The notes beneath the pieces are model-generated. The model did not search any database. It was given only the letters and a program-made list of their open reading frames with translations, and had not been told where the DNA came from. A DNA stretch of 64,000 bases from Acidobacteriota bacterium. GTDB lineage: Bacteria > Acidobacteriota > UBA890 > WLXD01. Position 1 is the first letter of the stretch. Each line of letters opens with the position of its first letter. Made by a program: the position numbers and the translations under genes. This document shows, one piece after another, positions 39,966-50,172 of the stretch. The stretch lies in contig CAXWPH010000006.1 in the NCBI GenBank assembly GCA_963666055.2, positions 160,001 to 224,000 on the forward strand, given 5' to 3'.

Positions 39966-42647
39966 TTACTCCGCCCGGAGCGCGATCGCCGGCTCGACGC
40001 GCGTCGCCCGGTGCGCCGGTATCCAGGCCGAGAGCCCGGCCACCCCGAGCAGCACCCCGCCAACGGTGCCGTAAACAACGGGATCGAGGGCATTGATGGT
40101 CGGCTCGATGCTCGCCAGCACACGCGCGAGCGCCAGCGCCCCTGCGAGCCCGACGCCGACGCCGCACAGAATCAGCAGGCCCGAATTGCGCACCACCATG
40201 GCCCGAACATCGGCACCGCGCGCACCGAGTGCCATGCGGATTCCGAACTCGCGCGTGCGCTGCGCCACCATGTACGACAACACACCGTAGATCCCTGCTG
40301 CGGACATCACCAGTGCAAAGAGCGCGAACGCTCCGAACAAGGTCGAGATAGCGCTGAGCTCCGCCAAGTCATCCGCGAAGATGCGCGCCTGCGTGCGCAC
40401 ATCGGCTATCGGCTGCTCGGGATCGATGTCCCAGACGACGCGCCGGATAGGGGTCGCGACGCTCAGCGGGTCCCCCACCGTCTCAACCAGGAGGGCTCCC
40501 GCGTGGGCGGTGTGCTGCGCCAACGGCAGGTAGACGGACGGAACCACGGGATTGTTGGGGTCCGGGTACACCTCGTCGGAAACTACTCCGACGATCTCCA
40601 ACCACTCGCCGGCCCCACTCAACCGAAGTCGACGTCCGACCGGATCCTCGTCGGCCCAGAAACGCTCCACCGCTTCAGCGTTGACCAACGCTACCGGGGC
40701 CCCGCCAACATCGTCTTCTGGCCCGAGTAGCCTCCCCTGAATCGGCCGCATCCTCATCAGGTCGAAGTAGCCCGGATCAACGGTGACCGGGAAGGCCCAC
40801 GGCACCTGCTCGGCGCTGCGAACCTCGGCGCCCTCGATCTCGATCGACGCGGTCCCGACCGCATCGGCCAACGGGCGAGCGTCCACCCACGCGGCCCGAA
40901 CCACACCGCGGATCGCCTGCGTCCGTTCCAACACCTGCTGCCGGAACGCCCGCACTTGTTGCAGATCCGGATAGCGGGCCTCGGGCAACTCGACGCGCAA
41001 CGTGAGCACCGCCTCGGGATCGTAGGCGTACTCCAACGAGCGCACATCTAGCAATGCCCTGATAATGAGACCGGCAACGACCATCAGAGTGATCGCCAAA
41101 GACACCTGCGTGGCGACCAGCAGGCGCCGACCACGAAGCGTCGCCACGGAGCCCGAGGAGCGGCCGCTTTCCTTGAGGGTCGAGGCAAGATCGGCGCGTG
41201 CTGCGCGTAGCGCCGGTATGAGCCCGAACAGCACCGGGGCGCAGACCGACACACCGAGAGTAAACACCAACACCGGTCGGTCGATCTCCAACATCGAGAA
41301 GAACGAGCTGATGCCGGAGTTACCGCCAGCAATCCAGGTAAGCCCGACCAGCGCCGCGTGCGCCACCCCCAGTCCGAGCAGCCCCGAGGCCATTGAAAGC
41401 AGCACGCTCTCGGTGACCAGTTGCCGCAAGATTCGCGCTCGTCCGGCCCCGAGTGCCGCCCGCACCGCCAACTCCTGGGTCCGTCCGGTGGCCCGAGCAA
41501 GCGTCATGGTTGCGACGTTGGAACAGGCGATCAGCATGACCAACCCCACGGTGATCGACAGCAGGAGGAGAACGGCCCAGAATCCGTCGTCCGCCATCCC
41601 GTCGTAGAAACTCTGGACGTTGGGGATCCAGCCGCGGTTGGTCTCTGGATAGCGATCTGCCAGGCTCTCGCCGATCTCCAGGAACTCGGCATGTGCCTGT
41701 GCCATGGTCGCCCCCGCCACCAGCCGACCCGTGACCAGCAGGTCTCGCTGGTCACGGCGCCGAGCGGTCGGACTCAGCTCCATCGGCACCCAAACGTCGA
41801 TGCGCGCCAGGTCACCCCACTCCAGCGCCTCGGCGACGATCCCGACGACAACCGTCGGGTGACCGTCGAGCTTGAGCTCCCTGCCGACAACATTCGAGTC
41901 GAGTCCGTAGCGTCGCTCCCAGAACCCGTGGCTGAGCATGACAACGTGATCCGCGCCGGGGTCGTCTTCGCCGTCAACAAAGTCGCGGCCGAGGGTCGGC
42001 GCAACCCCCCAACTAGCGAACGCATTCGCCGTCACAGCACCGATGAGAACGCGCACGGGCTCGTCGCCATCGACCAACGCTCCGGCTCGCTGCTCCAAAG
42101 CAGCCATGTCTTCGAGTTGTCCTGTCTGCTCCCGGTAGTCGATGAAATCCGGCAACGAAGGTGTTTGCCGCTCGATTCCCCGCTCGGGATTCTGCATGGA
42201 TACGAGGGCGAGCTCGTCGGTGTTCTTGAACGGAAGGTCGGTGAAGAAGATGACGCTCACCATGCTGAAGATGGCGCTGTTCACACCGATGGCAAGCGTC
42301 AGGGTAAGCACCGTGATGCCACTGAACGCCGGGGCGCGGACAAGCGACCGCACGCCATATTTGAGATCTTGCAGCAGGTTGCTCATGGGGTGCTCCTTGG
42401 GCGCGCCGGGCGGTAGCAAACGCTGCGGCCGATCCAGGCCGGGGCGGAGGGACCGCAGCGCCTGGCCCCAGTACCAGCGCCGGGCCGCGCGCCGCCCGCC
42501 TGGCAGTCGATGCCGGCGGTACTCCTCGCTCAGATCACCGAGCAGGGCGTCACGCTCGGCGTCAGGCGAGAAAAGCCTCAGCAGAAGCGCCGCGAGTCGA
42601 GGCGGGCTGCCGCTTGGCGTTGACGGATTTGGTGATTTGTTCTGCAT
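39966..42647 (-). CDS. ADOP-type duplicated MacB/FtsX ABC permease with N-terminal prefix domain
   Basis: LLGDLSEEY..WYW prefix, QDLKYGVRSL..PAF, LIACSNVA, RAALGAGR, RTREFGIRMALGA, PAHRATRVEP..ALR. Confidence 0.9.
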   Translation of the reverse strand: MQNKSPNPSTPSGSPPRLAALLLRLFSPDAERDALLGDLSEEYRRHRLPGGRRAARRWYWGQALRSLRPGLDRPQRLLPPGAPKEHPMSNLLQDLKYGVRSLVRAPAFSGITVLTLTLAIGVNSAIFSMVSVIFFTDLPFKNTDELALVSMQNPERGIERQTPSLPDFIDYREQTGQLEDMAALEQRAGALVDGDEPVRVLIGAVTANAFASWGVAPTLGRDFVDGEDDPGADHVVMLSHGFWERRYGLDSNVVGRELKLDGHPTVVVGIVAEALEWGDLARIDVWVPMELSPTARRRDQRDLLVTGRLVAGATMAQAHAEFLEIGESLADRYPETNRGWIPNVQSFYDGMADDGFWAVLLLLSITVGLVMLIACSNVATMTLARATGRTQELAVRAALGAGRARILRQLVTESVLLSMASGLLGLGVAHAALVGLTWIAGGNSGISSFFSMLEIDRPVLVFTLGVSVCAPVLFGLIPALRAARADLASTLKESGRSSGSVATLRGRRLLVATQVSLAITLMVVAGLIIRALLDVRSLEYAYDPEAVLTLRVELPEARYPDLQQVRAFRQQVLERTQAIRGVVRAAWVDARPLADAVGTASIEIEGAEVRSAEQVPWAFPVTVDPGYFDLMRMRPIQGRLLGPEDDVGGAPVALVNAEAVERFWADEDPVGRRLRLSGAGEWLEIVGVVSDEVYPDPNNPVVPSVYLPLAQHTAHAGALLVETVGDPLSVATPIRRVVWDIDPEQPIADVRTQARIFADDLAELSAISTLFGAFALFALVMSAAGIYGVLSYMVAQRTREFGIRMALGARGADVRAMVVRNSGLLILCGVGVGLAGALALARVLASIEPTINALDPVVYGTVGGVLLGVAGLSAWIPAHRATRVEPAIALRAE

Positions 42648-42718
42648 TGCACATAAAATACGCGAATAGCGAGTTTTTGTTTCACTTTTCTTGCTGGTCG
42701 CAACGCTTACCATCGACA

Positions 42719-42979
42719 ATCGGCCCCGACGGCAACCATCCCTTCCACATGGGTGATCTGATCAACATCGCGGCCAACGACGGTGGCCTCGGCCTGCTCA
42801 CGACGCAGACGACTCGCGTCACGTTGAGCTCCGGACCACTGAGTATCTTCGATCCGAACGGCAAGGCGTCGAGCGCCTTCATCGTCCACACCGACCCCGA
42901 CAGCTACTGCCCAGACGGTGAGGAGGCCGGTTGCGCGGGAGGCGGACGGATCGCCTGCGGCGTCATCCACCGGCAATAG
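42719..42979 (+). pseudogene. sodC: C-terminal remnant of Cu/Zn superoxide dismutase
   Basis: HPFHMGDLIN, FIVHTDPD, GGGRIACGVI present; N-terminal H-x-H region and signal peptide absent. Confidence 0.7.
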
Positions 42980-42990
42980 TCGCGGCAAGC

Positions 42991-45321
42991 TCAGAACGGT
43001 AAGAACACCGGCACGAGCAACACGAGCAGAACGAGTAGCAGGACCGTCAACGGCGTCCCGACGCGCAAGTAGTCTATGGCGCGATACCCGCCGGCTCCCA
43101 TGACCAGCAGGTTGGCCTTGTGGCTGAACGGCGTCATGAATGCCGCCGAGGCCGCCAGGCTGACCCCCATCATCAACGGGTATGGGCTGAGCTGTAGTCG
43201 ACTGGCCGTCTCGAAAACTACCGGAGCCAGTAGAACCACCGCCGGGGCCCCGTCGAGCCCCTGGCTGAGCAGGCTCGCCAGGAAGACGAGCACCGCAAGC
43301 ACCGCATGAGGCCCCAGCGCGCCCACCGTCGAAGCCACCGAGTCTGCGAGGAAGCCTGCAGCACCCGATCGCTCCATCGCGAAGCCCACTGGTAACACTG
43401 CGGCGACGAGAAAGATCACCCGCCATTCGATCACCCGGTAGGCCTCCTTCATGGTCAGCGCACCGGCGAGCAATACCAGAGAAGCGGCGGTGAACGCGGC
43501 GACATGGATCGGCTGCCATCCGCTTGCCACCAGCAGAATCATCAGCAGGAGTCCCCCCAGAGCTAGCGGCGCCTTGTTGGTGCGCCGGACGGCGCGTTCG
43601 GTGGCCGACAGCACCACGAAATCAGGGTCTGAGGCGAGCCGGGTAACCTTTTCCGGCGGCCCGTGCAGCAGCAAAGCGTCGCCGAAGCGCAGCGGCACGC
43701 GGGCCAGATCAGCATGAATCGGCCGCCCCTCGCGCCACAACGCCAACGCCAACAGCCCGTGGCGATGCTGGAACTCGAGCTCCTCCAGGGTGCGGCCCTC
43801 GGCAGCCGACCGCGGCGCAACCGCCGCTTCTACCATCGCCGCCTCGTCGGTCTCCAGGAGCTCGCGCCCCACTTGTGGCCCGATCTCGACCTCGCCAGCA
43901 TCGGCCAGCGCCGTCACGGCGCCCGGATCCGCGGCCAGCAACAGGCGATCGCCCGCCCGGATCGTGTCGCTCGGGGAGAGCATCAGACGGGTCTCCTGTT
44001 CGCGGATGATGCCCGCGACGGTCAGACCGACGATCTCGCTGAGGCGACTGGAGGAGATCGTCGCTCCCGCCAGGCCGGAGTCTGCCGGCACCTCGATCAC
44101 GCACAGTCGCTCCTGCAGGTCGGCCACCGCCGAGACCCCGGTTTCCAGCACCGCCCACCCCGGCTCGGCGGCGAATCGCTCGAGGTCCTCACTTCTCCCG
44201 ATTGCCAACACCTCGTCGCCCAGCCGCAGTGTCTGCTCGGCCAGATGGTCGGTGTAGAGCTGCCCCCGGTGGCGGATGGCCAGCACCACCACCCCGAATC
44301 GTCCGCGGAAGGCGAGCTCCCTCAGGGTGTTGCCGGCCACGCCGCCTCCCGCCTCGACGAGGACTCTGATGCCATTGACGCCCGGCGACACGCGCGGCAG
44401 GCGATCCATCTGCATCGGATGAACGTCCAGGTGCTCCATTTGCAGAAACTCGCGGACCTTCGAAACCTCGCCGTCGACGATGAGCACGTCACCGCCCCGA
44501 AGGCGCGTCCTGCCCTCCGGAACCAGTGTCTTGTCTCCCCGCTGGATCGACACCACCTTGAAGCCCAGCGTGTTGCCGAGGCGAGTCTCCGCCAGCGTCC
44601 GACCGTCCAGCGCAGTGCTGGTGGGGAGCCGCAACGAGAACAGACGCTCCTCGAGCTGGTAGATCTGGCTCAGGTCCTCGCCCTCGAGCGTCGCCGGCCC
44701 GCGACCAGTATCCGCCGGAAGCAACCGCTTGCCCACGGTCAGCATGAAAATCATGCCGAGCGCCATGATCGCCAGGCCGATCGGCGTGAAGTCGAACAGC
44801 TGGAACGGCTCCAGCCCGCGATCGGCCATCATCTGCGCGGCAACAATGTTGGGCGGTGTGCCTACGAGGGTCGTGGTGCCGCCGAGAATCGCCCCGAAGG
44901 CGAGCGGCATGAAGAGCCGCGAGGGAGCCAGGCCGGCGCGCGGCGCCACGGCGGCGACGGCGGGCATCAGCACCGCGGTCGCAGCGATGTTGTTCATGAA
45001 AGCAGACAGCACGCCGGCCACCAGCATCAAGGTCACCAGCAATCGTGTCTCGCTATCGCCCGCCAGCTGGTAAAGGCGATCCCCGATGAGGTCGGCAACC
45101 CCGGTCTCGAGCAGGGCGGCGCCGATGATGAACACCGACAGCATGGTGATCACGGCAGGCGACGAGAAGCCCAGAAACGCCTCACTGGGGGTCACGAAAC
45201 CGGCGAATATCAACACCACCAGGCCGAGAAACGCGGTCAGATCGACCGGCAACTTCTCGGTAAGGAACAGATAGACCATCACCGCGAGCAGCAGGAACAG
45301 ACCGCCGATCTGCAGGGTCAC
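42991..45321 (-). CDS. SLC13/DASS family permease with multiple TrkA-C domains
   Basis: SAFMNN, LGGTTTLVGTPPN, FDFTPIG, repeated TrkA-C units, FMTPFSHKANLLVMGAGGY. Confidence 0.92.
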   Translation of the reverse strand: MTLQIGGLFLLLAVMVYLFLTEKLPVDLTAFLGLVVLIFAGFVTPSEAFLGFSSPAVITMLSVFIIGAALLETGVADLIGDRLYQLAGDSETRLLVTLMLVAGVLSAFMNNIAATAVLMPAVAAVAPRAGLAPSRLFMPLAFGAILGGTTTLVGTPPNIVAAQMMADRGLEPFQLFDFTPIGLAIMALGMIFMLTVGKRLLPADTGRGPATLEGEDLSQIYQLEERLFSLRLPTSTALDGRTLAETRLGNTLGFKVVSIQRGDKTLVPEGRTRLRGGDVLIVDGEVSKVREFLQMEHLDVHPMQMDRLPRVSPGVNGIRVLVEAGGGVAGNTLRELAFRGRFGVVVLAIRHRGQLYTDHLAEQTLRLGDEVLAIGRSEDLERFAAEPGWAVLETGVSAVADLQERLCVIEVPADSGLAGATISSSRLSEIVGLTVAGIIREQETRLMLSPSDTIRAGDRLLLAADPGAVTALADAGEVEIGPQVGRELLETDEAAMVEAAVAPRSAAEGRTLEELEFQHRHGLLALALWREGRPIHADLARVPLRFGDALLLHGPPEKVTRLASDPDFVVLSATERAVRRTNKAPLALGGLLLMILLVASGWQPIHVAAFTAASLVLLAGALTMKEAYRVIEWRVIFLVAAVLPVGFAMERSGAAGFLADSVASTVGALGPHAVLAVLVFLASLLSQGLDGAPAVVLLAPVVFETASRLQLSPYPLMMGVSLAASAAFMTPFSHKANLLVMGAGGYRAIDYLRVGTPLTVLLLVLLVLLVPVFLPF

Positions 45322-45399
45322 TGGCGCCTCTACTTTCCCTCGCGGGCTGTTTGCCTCACTCCAGGCCCTTTCATCACTGTGGGCCCGGACGCGGTCTCG

Positions 45400-46056
45400 C
45401 TAGTCCGCCTCGAACCCCACTTCCTTGTGGGTGCCGTCGCAGAAAGGCTTGTTCTTCGATTCACCGCATCGGCACAGGGCCGCCCGGGTTCCCCGCCAGC
45501 CCTGACGTCCTGACGCGGCGCGAATCGCGAAGCTACCAGTGACGATCAACGGTCCGTTTGGGATCCGCTTGACTGCCAGCGTGCCGCCGGTTGATTCGAG
45601 CGTAGCCTCCCCGGTCTGGCCGATCGCACCGCGATCGCGAAACTCGGCGGCCTCGTGCGAATTATCACAGAAAGGCTTGTTGTCGGACTCGCCGCAGCGA
45701 CAGAGCGCGGCACGGAGGCGCACACCCGACATGTCGGCGGCGGCGCCGTCGATCTGCAGGTCGCCAGTGAAGTACAGCGGTCCGTTGTTTGCCACGCTGA
45801 TCTCATTCCTCGCCGGTGCCGTCTCCCCTGCCCCGCCGTCCTTGCGCTCGTACACAAGCGCGCCCGTCGGACATCGCCGCACCACCTCGGCGACGGTATT
45901 GGCATCGCCGTGATCGGGCTCACACCACGGCTTGCGGCCGCTGACGAACAACTCGTCCTTAGCCCGTGTGCACTCGCCGACGTGGATACACAAGCGATCG
46001 TCCCACAGCACATCCATCTTTTCGCCGTCGAACCTGAAGATCCGCTTATCCGACAT
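45400..46056 (-). CDS. Divergent 4Fe-4S (Fer4_19-like) + two CDGSH iron-sulfur domains
   Basis: CIHVGEC..CPTGAL; two LCRCGES.NKPFCD[N/G][S/T]H motifs. Confidence 0.88.
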   Translation of the reverse strand: MSDKRIFRFDGEKMDVLWDDRLCIHVGECTRAKDELFVSGRKPWCEPDHGDANTVAEVVRRCPTGALVYERKDGGAGETAPARNEISVANNGPLYFTGDLQIDGAAADMSGVRLRAALCRCGESDNKPFCDNSHEAAEFRDRGAIGQTGEATLESTGGTLAVKRIPNGPLIVTGSFAIRAASGRQGWRGTRAALCRCGESKNKPFCDGTHKEVGFEAD

Positions 46057-46440
46057 CCCGTCTCCCGGTATGGGTTTCGGCTGGATGCTACCGCCTCCCG
46101 CCGCGACGGGCGAGGCGATCGCGGCGTCGAGGCGCAAAGACAAATGTTCTCTAGCAGGCCGTGGTGGAAGTGTGGCGGGCCTGGTAGCGGCAAGTTGGGG
46201 CCGGATGCAAGCAGAAATGTCCCAGATAGCGGAACACCGTGAAGGCGATCTGGTCGCCGCGCGGCGACCAAGGTGGTCACGGCCCTGGTGCGGACGGGCC
46301 CTTCCTTCCCTGCGTAAGCCATCTCACGAGCATTGCAGCAGGTACTCCCAATTACTCACCGGCCGGCCGATACTCGTTGTGGAGGCATCGCTGCGCCGCC
46401 TCGTCGCCTGCAGCGCCACAGCTCGAGGATTCGATATCAG

Positions 46441-47595
46441 ATGGATGCCATGAACATAGAGAAGGCCGTTCGCGAACGCTACGCCGTGGGCGCCCAAACG
46501 CCGGTAGCCGATCTGTGCTGCCCCACCGAGTACGATCCGGCGTATCTGGAGGTGATCCCCAGCGAGGTGCTCGAGCGTGATTACGGCTGTGGCGACCCTT
46601 CGCGCCACCTGCGCTCCGGTGAGACAGTCCTGGACCTCGGCAGTGGGACCGGCAAGATCTGCTTCATAGCCGCCCAGGTAGTTGGCCCTACCGGCCGGGT
46701 GATCGGCGTCGACATGACCACCGATATGCTGGAGGTGGCGCGTCGCAACGCGCCGGTGGTCGCCCAGCGCCTCGGCTACGCCAACGTCGAGTTCCGTCGC
46801 GGGCGCATCCAGGACCTGGCGCTCGATCTCGATCTGCTGGACCAGGAGCTCGCCCTTCGTCCGGCCGGCAGCCACGAGGAGATCCTCGCCTCCCAGGTTC
46901 GCGCCGCGGAGCTACGCCGGCTGCAGCCGCTGGTGGCGACCGCGTCGATCGACGTGGTGGTGTCCAATTGCGTACTGAACCTGGTGGACGCGGCGGCCCG
47001 CGAACAGCTCTTCTCCGAGATCCATCGTGTGCTACTTCGGGGCGGTCGTGCGGTGATCTCCGATATCGTGTCGGATGAGCCGGTGACGGCGGAGATGCAG
47101 GGAGATTCCGAGCTGTGGAGCGGATGCATCTCAGGCGCCTTTACCGAGCGTGGGTTCCTGGAGGCTTTCGAGCAAGCCGGTTTCTACGGCATCCGCGTGC
47201 TCGAGCGCCAGGCCGAGCCGTGGCGAACCGTCGAAGGCATCGAGTTCCGCTCGCTGACTGTCGAGGCCTTCCGCGGCAAGGAAGGCCCGTGTCTCGAGAG
47301 GTTGCAGGCGGTCGTGTACCGCGGTCCGTTCAAGGAGGTGCTCGACGACGATGGCCACCGCCTCGAGCGCGGCCAGCGTCACGCGGTGTGCGACAAGACG
47401 TTCCGGATCTACCAAGCCGAGCCCTATCGCGAGCATTTCGACTTCATCGAACCTCTGCAGACCGTCCTGCTCGGCGAGGCCGAAGCCTTCGACTGTCGCC
47501 GTTCGGCGCGGCGCAACCCGCGCGAAACCAAGGGTCAAGGCTACGACGCCACTACGGAAGCAACAGCCTGTTGCGGCCCGGAAAGCAGTTGTTGA
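46441..47595 (+). CDS. arsM: ArsM/AS3MT-like As(III) SAM methyltransferase
   Basis: [36 protein letters not shown]3MT-like C-terminal domain (DDDGH..VCDKT), Cys-rich tail. Confidence 0.75.
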   Translation: MDAMNIEKAVRERYAVGAQTPVADLCCPTEYDPAYLEVIPSEVLERDYGCGDPSRHLRSGETVLDLGSGTGKICFIAAQVVGPTGRVIGVDMTTDMLEVARRNAPVVAQRLGYANVEFRRGRIQDLALDLDLLDQELALRPAGSHEEILASQVRAAELRRLQPLVATASIDVVVSNCVLNLVDAAAREQLFSEIHRVLLRGGRAVISDIVSDEPVTAEMQGDSELWSGCISGAFTERGFLEAFEQAGFYGIRVLERQAEPWRTVEGIEFRSLTVEAFRGKEGPCLERLQAVVYRGPFKEVLDDDGHRLERGQRHAVCDKTFRIYQAEPYREHFDFIEPLQTVLLGEAEAFDCRRSARRNPRETKGQGYDATTEATACCGPESSC

Positions 47596-47612
47596 TAGTA
47601 CGCTCGCAGCCG

Positions 47613-48575
47613 ATGCCAGCGACCAGCAAGTTCCAGGATCCCGACGTCACCGCCAATGGACAGCGGCGCGCCTCTGTACGCCTGGGCAAGCTCGATAACC
47701 TGTGGTTCAACACCGGCACGCTCTGCAACATCGAGTGCCGCAACTGCTACATCGAGTCGAGCCCGCTCAATGACCGCCTCGCGTACCTGACCGCGGCGGA
47801 GGTGCGCTCCTATCTCGACGAGATCGAAACGCTGAGCCTCGGCACGTCGGAGATCGGCTTTACCGGGGGCGAGCCGTTCATGAATTCGGAGCTGCTGCAG
47901 ATGCTCGACGATGCCCTGTCGCGCGGCTTCGAGGTGCAGGTGCTGACCAACGCCATGCGACCGCTGATACGGCCGACTGTATGCGAGCCGCTGTTGGCGC
48001 TGCACGAACGTTTCGGGGAGTCTCTACGACTGCGGGTCAGCCTCGACCACTACACCGAGCGCCTTCACGATACCGAGCGTGGCGCCGGCTCCTGGACCCC
48101 CACATTGGAGGGTCTGCGCTGGCTGGCCCGGTCGGGATTCGCGATCAGCGTCGCCGGACGGACCTGCTGGGAGGAATGCGAGCAGGACGCACGAGAAGGC
48201 TACCGTCAGTTGTTCCACGAGCTGGCCGTCAACATCGACGCCGATGATCCGGGCGCCCTGGTCCTGTTCCCCGAGATGGACGCAAACATCGACGTCCCCG
48301 AGATCACGGCCGATTGTTGGGGCATCCTCGGCATCGACGCCGGCGACATGATGTGTGCCAGCAGCCGCATGGTGGTCAAACGCAAGGATGCACCCTCGCC
48401 GGTCGTCGTCACCTGTACGTTGCTGCCCTATGACCCGCAGTTCGAGCTCGGCAGCCGCCTGGCCGATGCGCTCGGCGGCGTCAAGCTGAACCACCCTCAC
48501 TGCGCCAAGTTCTGCGTGCTCGGCGGCGCCTCTTGCTCGGCGGGCGGCACGCTCGGCGCCGAGGCGAGCAGCTGA
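47613..48575 (+). CDS. Radical SAM protein, ArsS-related
   Basis: NTGTLCNIECRNCYIESSP, FTGGEP, VLTN, MMCASSR, C-terminal HCAKFCVLGGASC cluster. Confidence 0.8.
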   Translation: MPATSKFQDPDVTANGQRRASVRLGKLDNLWFNTGTLCNIECRNCYIESSPLNDRLAYLTAAEVRSYLDEIETLSLGTSEIGFTGGEPFMNSELLQMLDDALSRGFEVQVLTNAMRPLIRPTVCEPLLALHERFGESLRLRVSLDHYTERLHDTERGAGSWTPTLEGLRWLARSGFAISVAGRTCWEECEQDAREGYRQLFHELAVNIDADDPGALVLFPEMDANIDVPEITADCWGILGIDAGDMMCASSRMVVKRKDAPSPVVVTCTLLPYDPQFELGSRLADALGGVKLNHPHCAKFCVLGGASCSAGGTLGAEASS

Positions 48576-48720
48576 AGAGGCTCACCGGTTCACGGCTACA
48601 TCGCTGCTCCAGGACCGAATTCCTGACCCCGGCTATCACGTGCGTAGCATACGACCGATCGTAGCGCTCGAGCTGAGGTTTGACCTCTCTGCGGAACGCC
48701 ACAATACGCCGTCCTGCACA

Positions 48721-48772
48721 ACGACAGGCGCCTCACTGAGCCCCCCAAAGGGGGTTCCGCCTGTCGTCGTTT
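48721..48772. terminator. GC-rich hairpin between convergent genes (possible bidirectional terminator)
   Basis: ACGACAGGCG...CGCCTGTCGT outer stem enclosing GAGCCCCCC-AAA-GGGGGTTC. Confidence 0.55.
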
Positions 48773-48783
48773 GATGGTCTTTT

Positions 48784-50127
48784 CTACTGGTCGTTGCCTT
48801 CCTGCCTGGCGTGTTGTTCGGCAGCTAGTTTCTCGTAGTCGTCGTCTTCTAGGTAGGTGACATCCACCCAGGCAAACCCCATCTCGTCAACCGTTCGCTC
48901 GCCATAGCCCACCCATTGCGCCGGATCGGGGTTGTTCGGGTTGGCCGCAGTGTTGTCGTGCCAGGTCGTTATCTTGATGATCGTGCCTCTTGGCAGCACC
49001 GGTGCGACCTCATCCGCGTAAACGTAGTTGACATGCCAGTTCCACTGGAAGTTGTCGACCGTGCTCAACTGCTCAATGCGACCGTCCGGGTAGATTGCCT
49101 CCATCGACATCGCCTTGCCCCGCATGTGCATGTGGGGCTGGAAGTTCTCGAGTCGAGCCGGCGCTCTCAGCACCGTGAAACCGACGGTCGTGGAGATCTG
49201 ATCCGGGCGGATGTCCATCTCCCCTTGCCGGCCGCTGAATCCGGTCAGGATCGTGCGGTACTTTGGTTCTTGGCCTTTGGGATAGAAGTAGAGCCCCATC
49301 TCGACGACGTCGTCCTTGAGCTCCTCACCGATGGCGTGATAGTGAACCTCCCAGCGGATCTTCGAGCCCGGGAGCATTAACTTGCCGGCGTCGTCCGGGA
49401 AGATCTCGCCGATTTTTCCGACTGCCCACTCCATGAAGAGGCCGGCGCCCGGTCTTCTTCCCTCGAAGCTGCTCGCCAGACGGGTGACTTCTTCCTCGTC
49501 TTGAATGAGGCTGGCCAACACGTGATGGACGATCTTGCGGCCACCCGGGAACGACGGTTTGATCTCGATTGCCCGCACCCAGCGAGGCTCGGTCAGCCCG
49601 GTGTCGACTACCGGCCGCCACCACCTGTCTTGCCCGCGGGCCGGCATCGTGTGCGGAGCCGACCGCACGATCAGATCTGGCTCGCCGAATCGTTCCGCTA
49701 GCTGCCAGGCTTCCGGGTCGGGCCACTCGACGGGAGGCGGGAGGTCGTTGAGGTCGCCAGGCGGGGCGCCGGTATCGACCCATCGGACGATCACGTCGAT
49801 TTGCCCGTCGCTCAACGAGCGGTCGTTCTTGAAGCTCTTGATGCCAACGTTCTTGGCGATGTGCCACGGCGGCATCACCCGGGCGAGCACCTTCTGCTTG
49901 ATCTCCCGAGCCCATGGGCGCGTTTCCTCGTAGGTCAACAACGACATGGGCCCGATGGAGTCGGGCTGATGGCAGACCTGACACTTCTGCTGGAAGATCG
50001 GCGCCACGTCTTTGGCAAAGGTGACCTCGCCATCGGTCTGCGCCGACGCCAGCACAGGCGCAACCAGCAACAGAGCGAAGACGCAACAGCCTGCCGTCAC
50101 ACCACCCGTGAACCGCAACCCGCTCAT
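48784..50127 (-). CDS. Secreted cytochrome c (CxxCH) fused to copper type II monooxygenase-like domain
   Basis: Signal peptide, VTFAKDVAPIF..CQVCH, MPPW, VHH, EVHYH, QPHMHMRGK, DEMG. Confidence 0.78.
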   Translation of the reverse strand: MSGLRFTGGVTAGCCVFALLLVAPVLASAQTDGEVTFAKDVAPIFQQKCQVCHQPDSIGPMSLLTYEETRPWAREIKQKVLARVMPPWHIAKNVGIKSFKNDRSLSDGQIDVIVRWVDTGAPPGDLNDLPPPVEWPDPEAWQLAERFGEPDLIVRSAPHTMPARGQDRWWRPVVDTGLTEPRWVRAIEIKPSFPGGRKIVHHVLASLIQDEEEVTRLASSFEGRRPGAGLFMEWAVGKIGEIFPDDAGKLMLPGSKIRWEVHYHAIGEELKDDVVEMGLYFYPKGQEPKYRTILTGFSGRQGEMDIRPDQISTTVGFTVLRAPARLENFQPHMHMRGKAMSMEAIYPDGRIEQLSTVDNFQWNWHVNYVYADEVAPVLPRGTIIKITTWHDNTAANPNNPDPAQWVGYGERTVDEMGFAWVDVTYLEDDDYEKLAAEQHARQEGNDQ

Positions 50128-50172
50128 GACCTCACTCCCTTTAGGGGTTCTCGGCGACTGATCCATCCGAGA

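Noticed and set aside
43663-45513. 616-aa + strand ORF
   Set aside because: Antisense shadow of the SLC13 permease in high-GC DNA; no recognisable motifs
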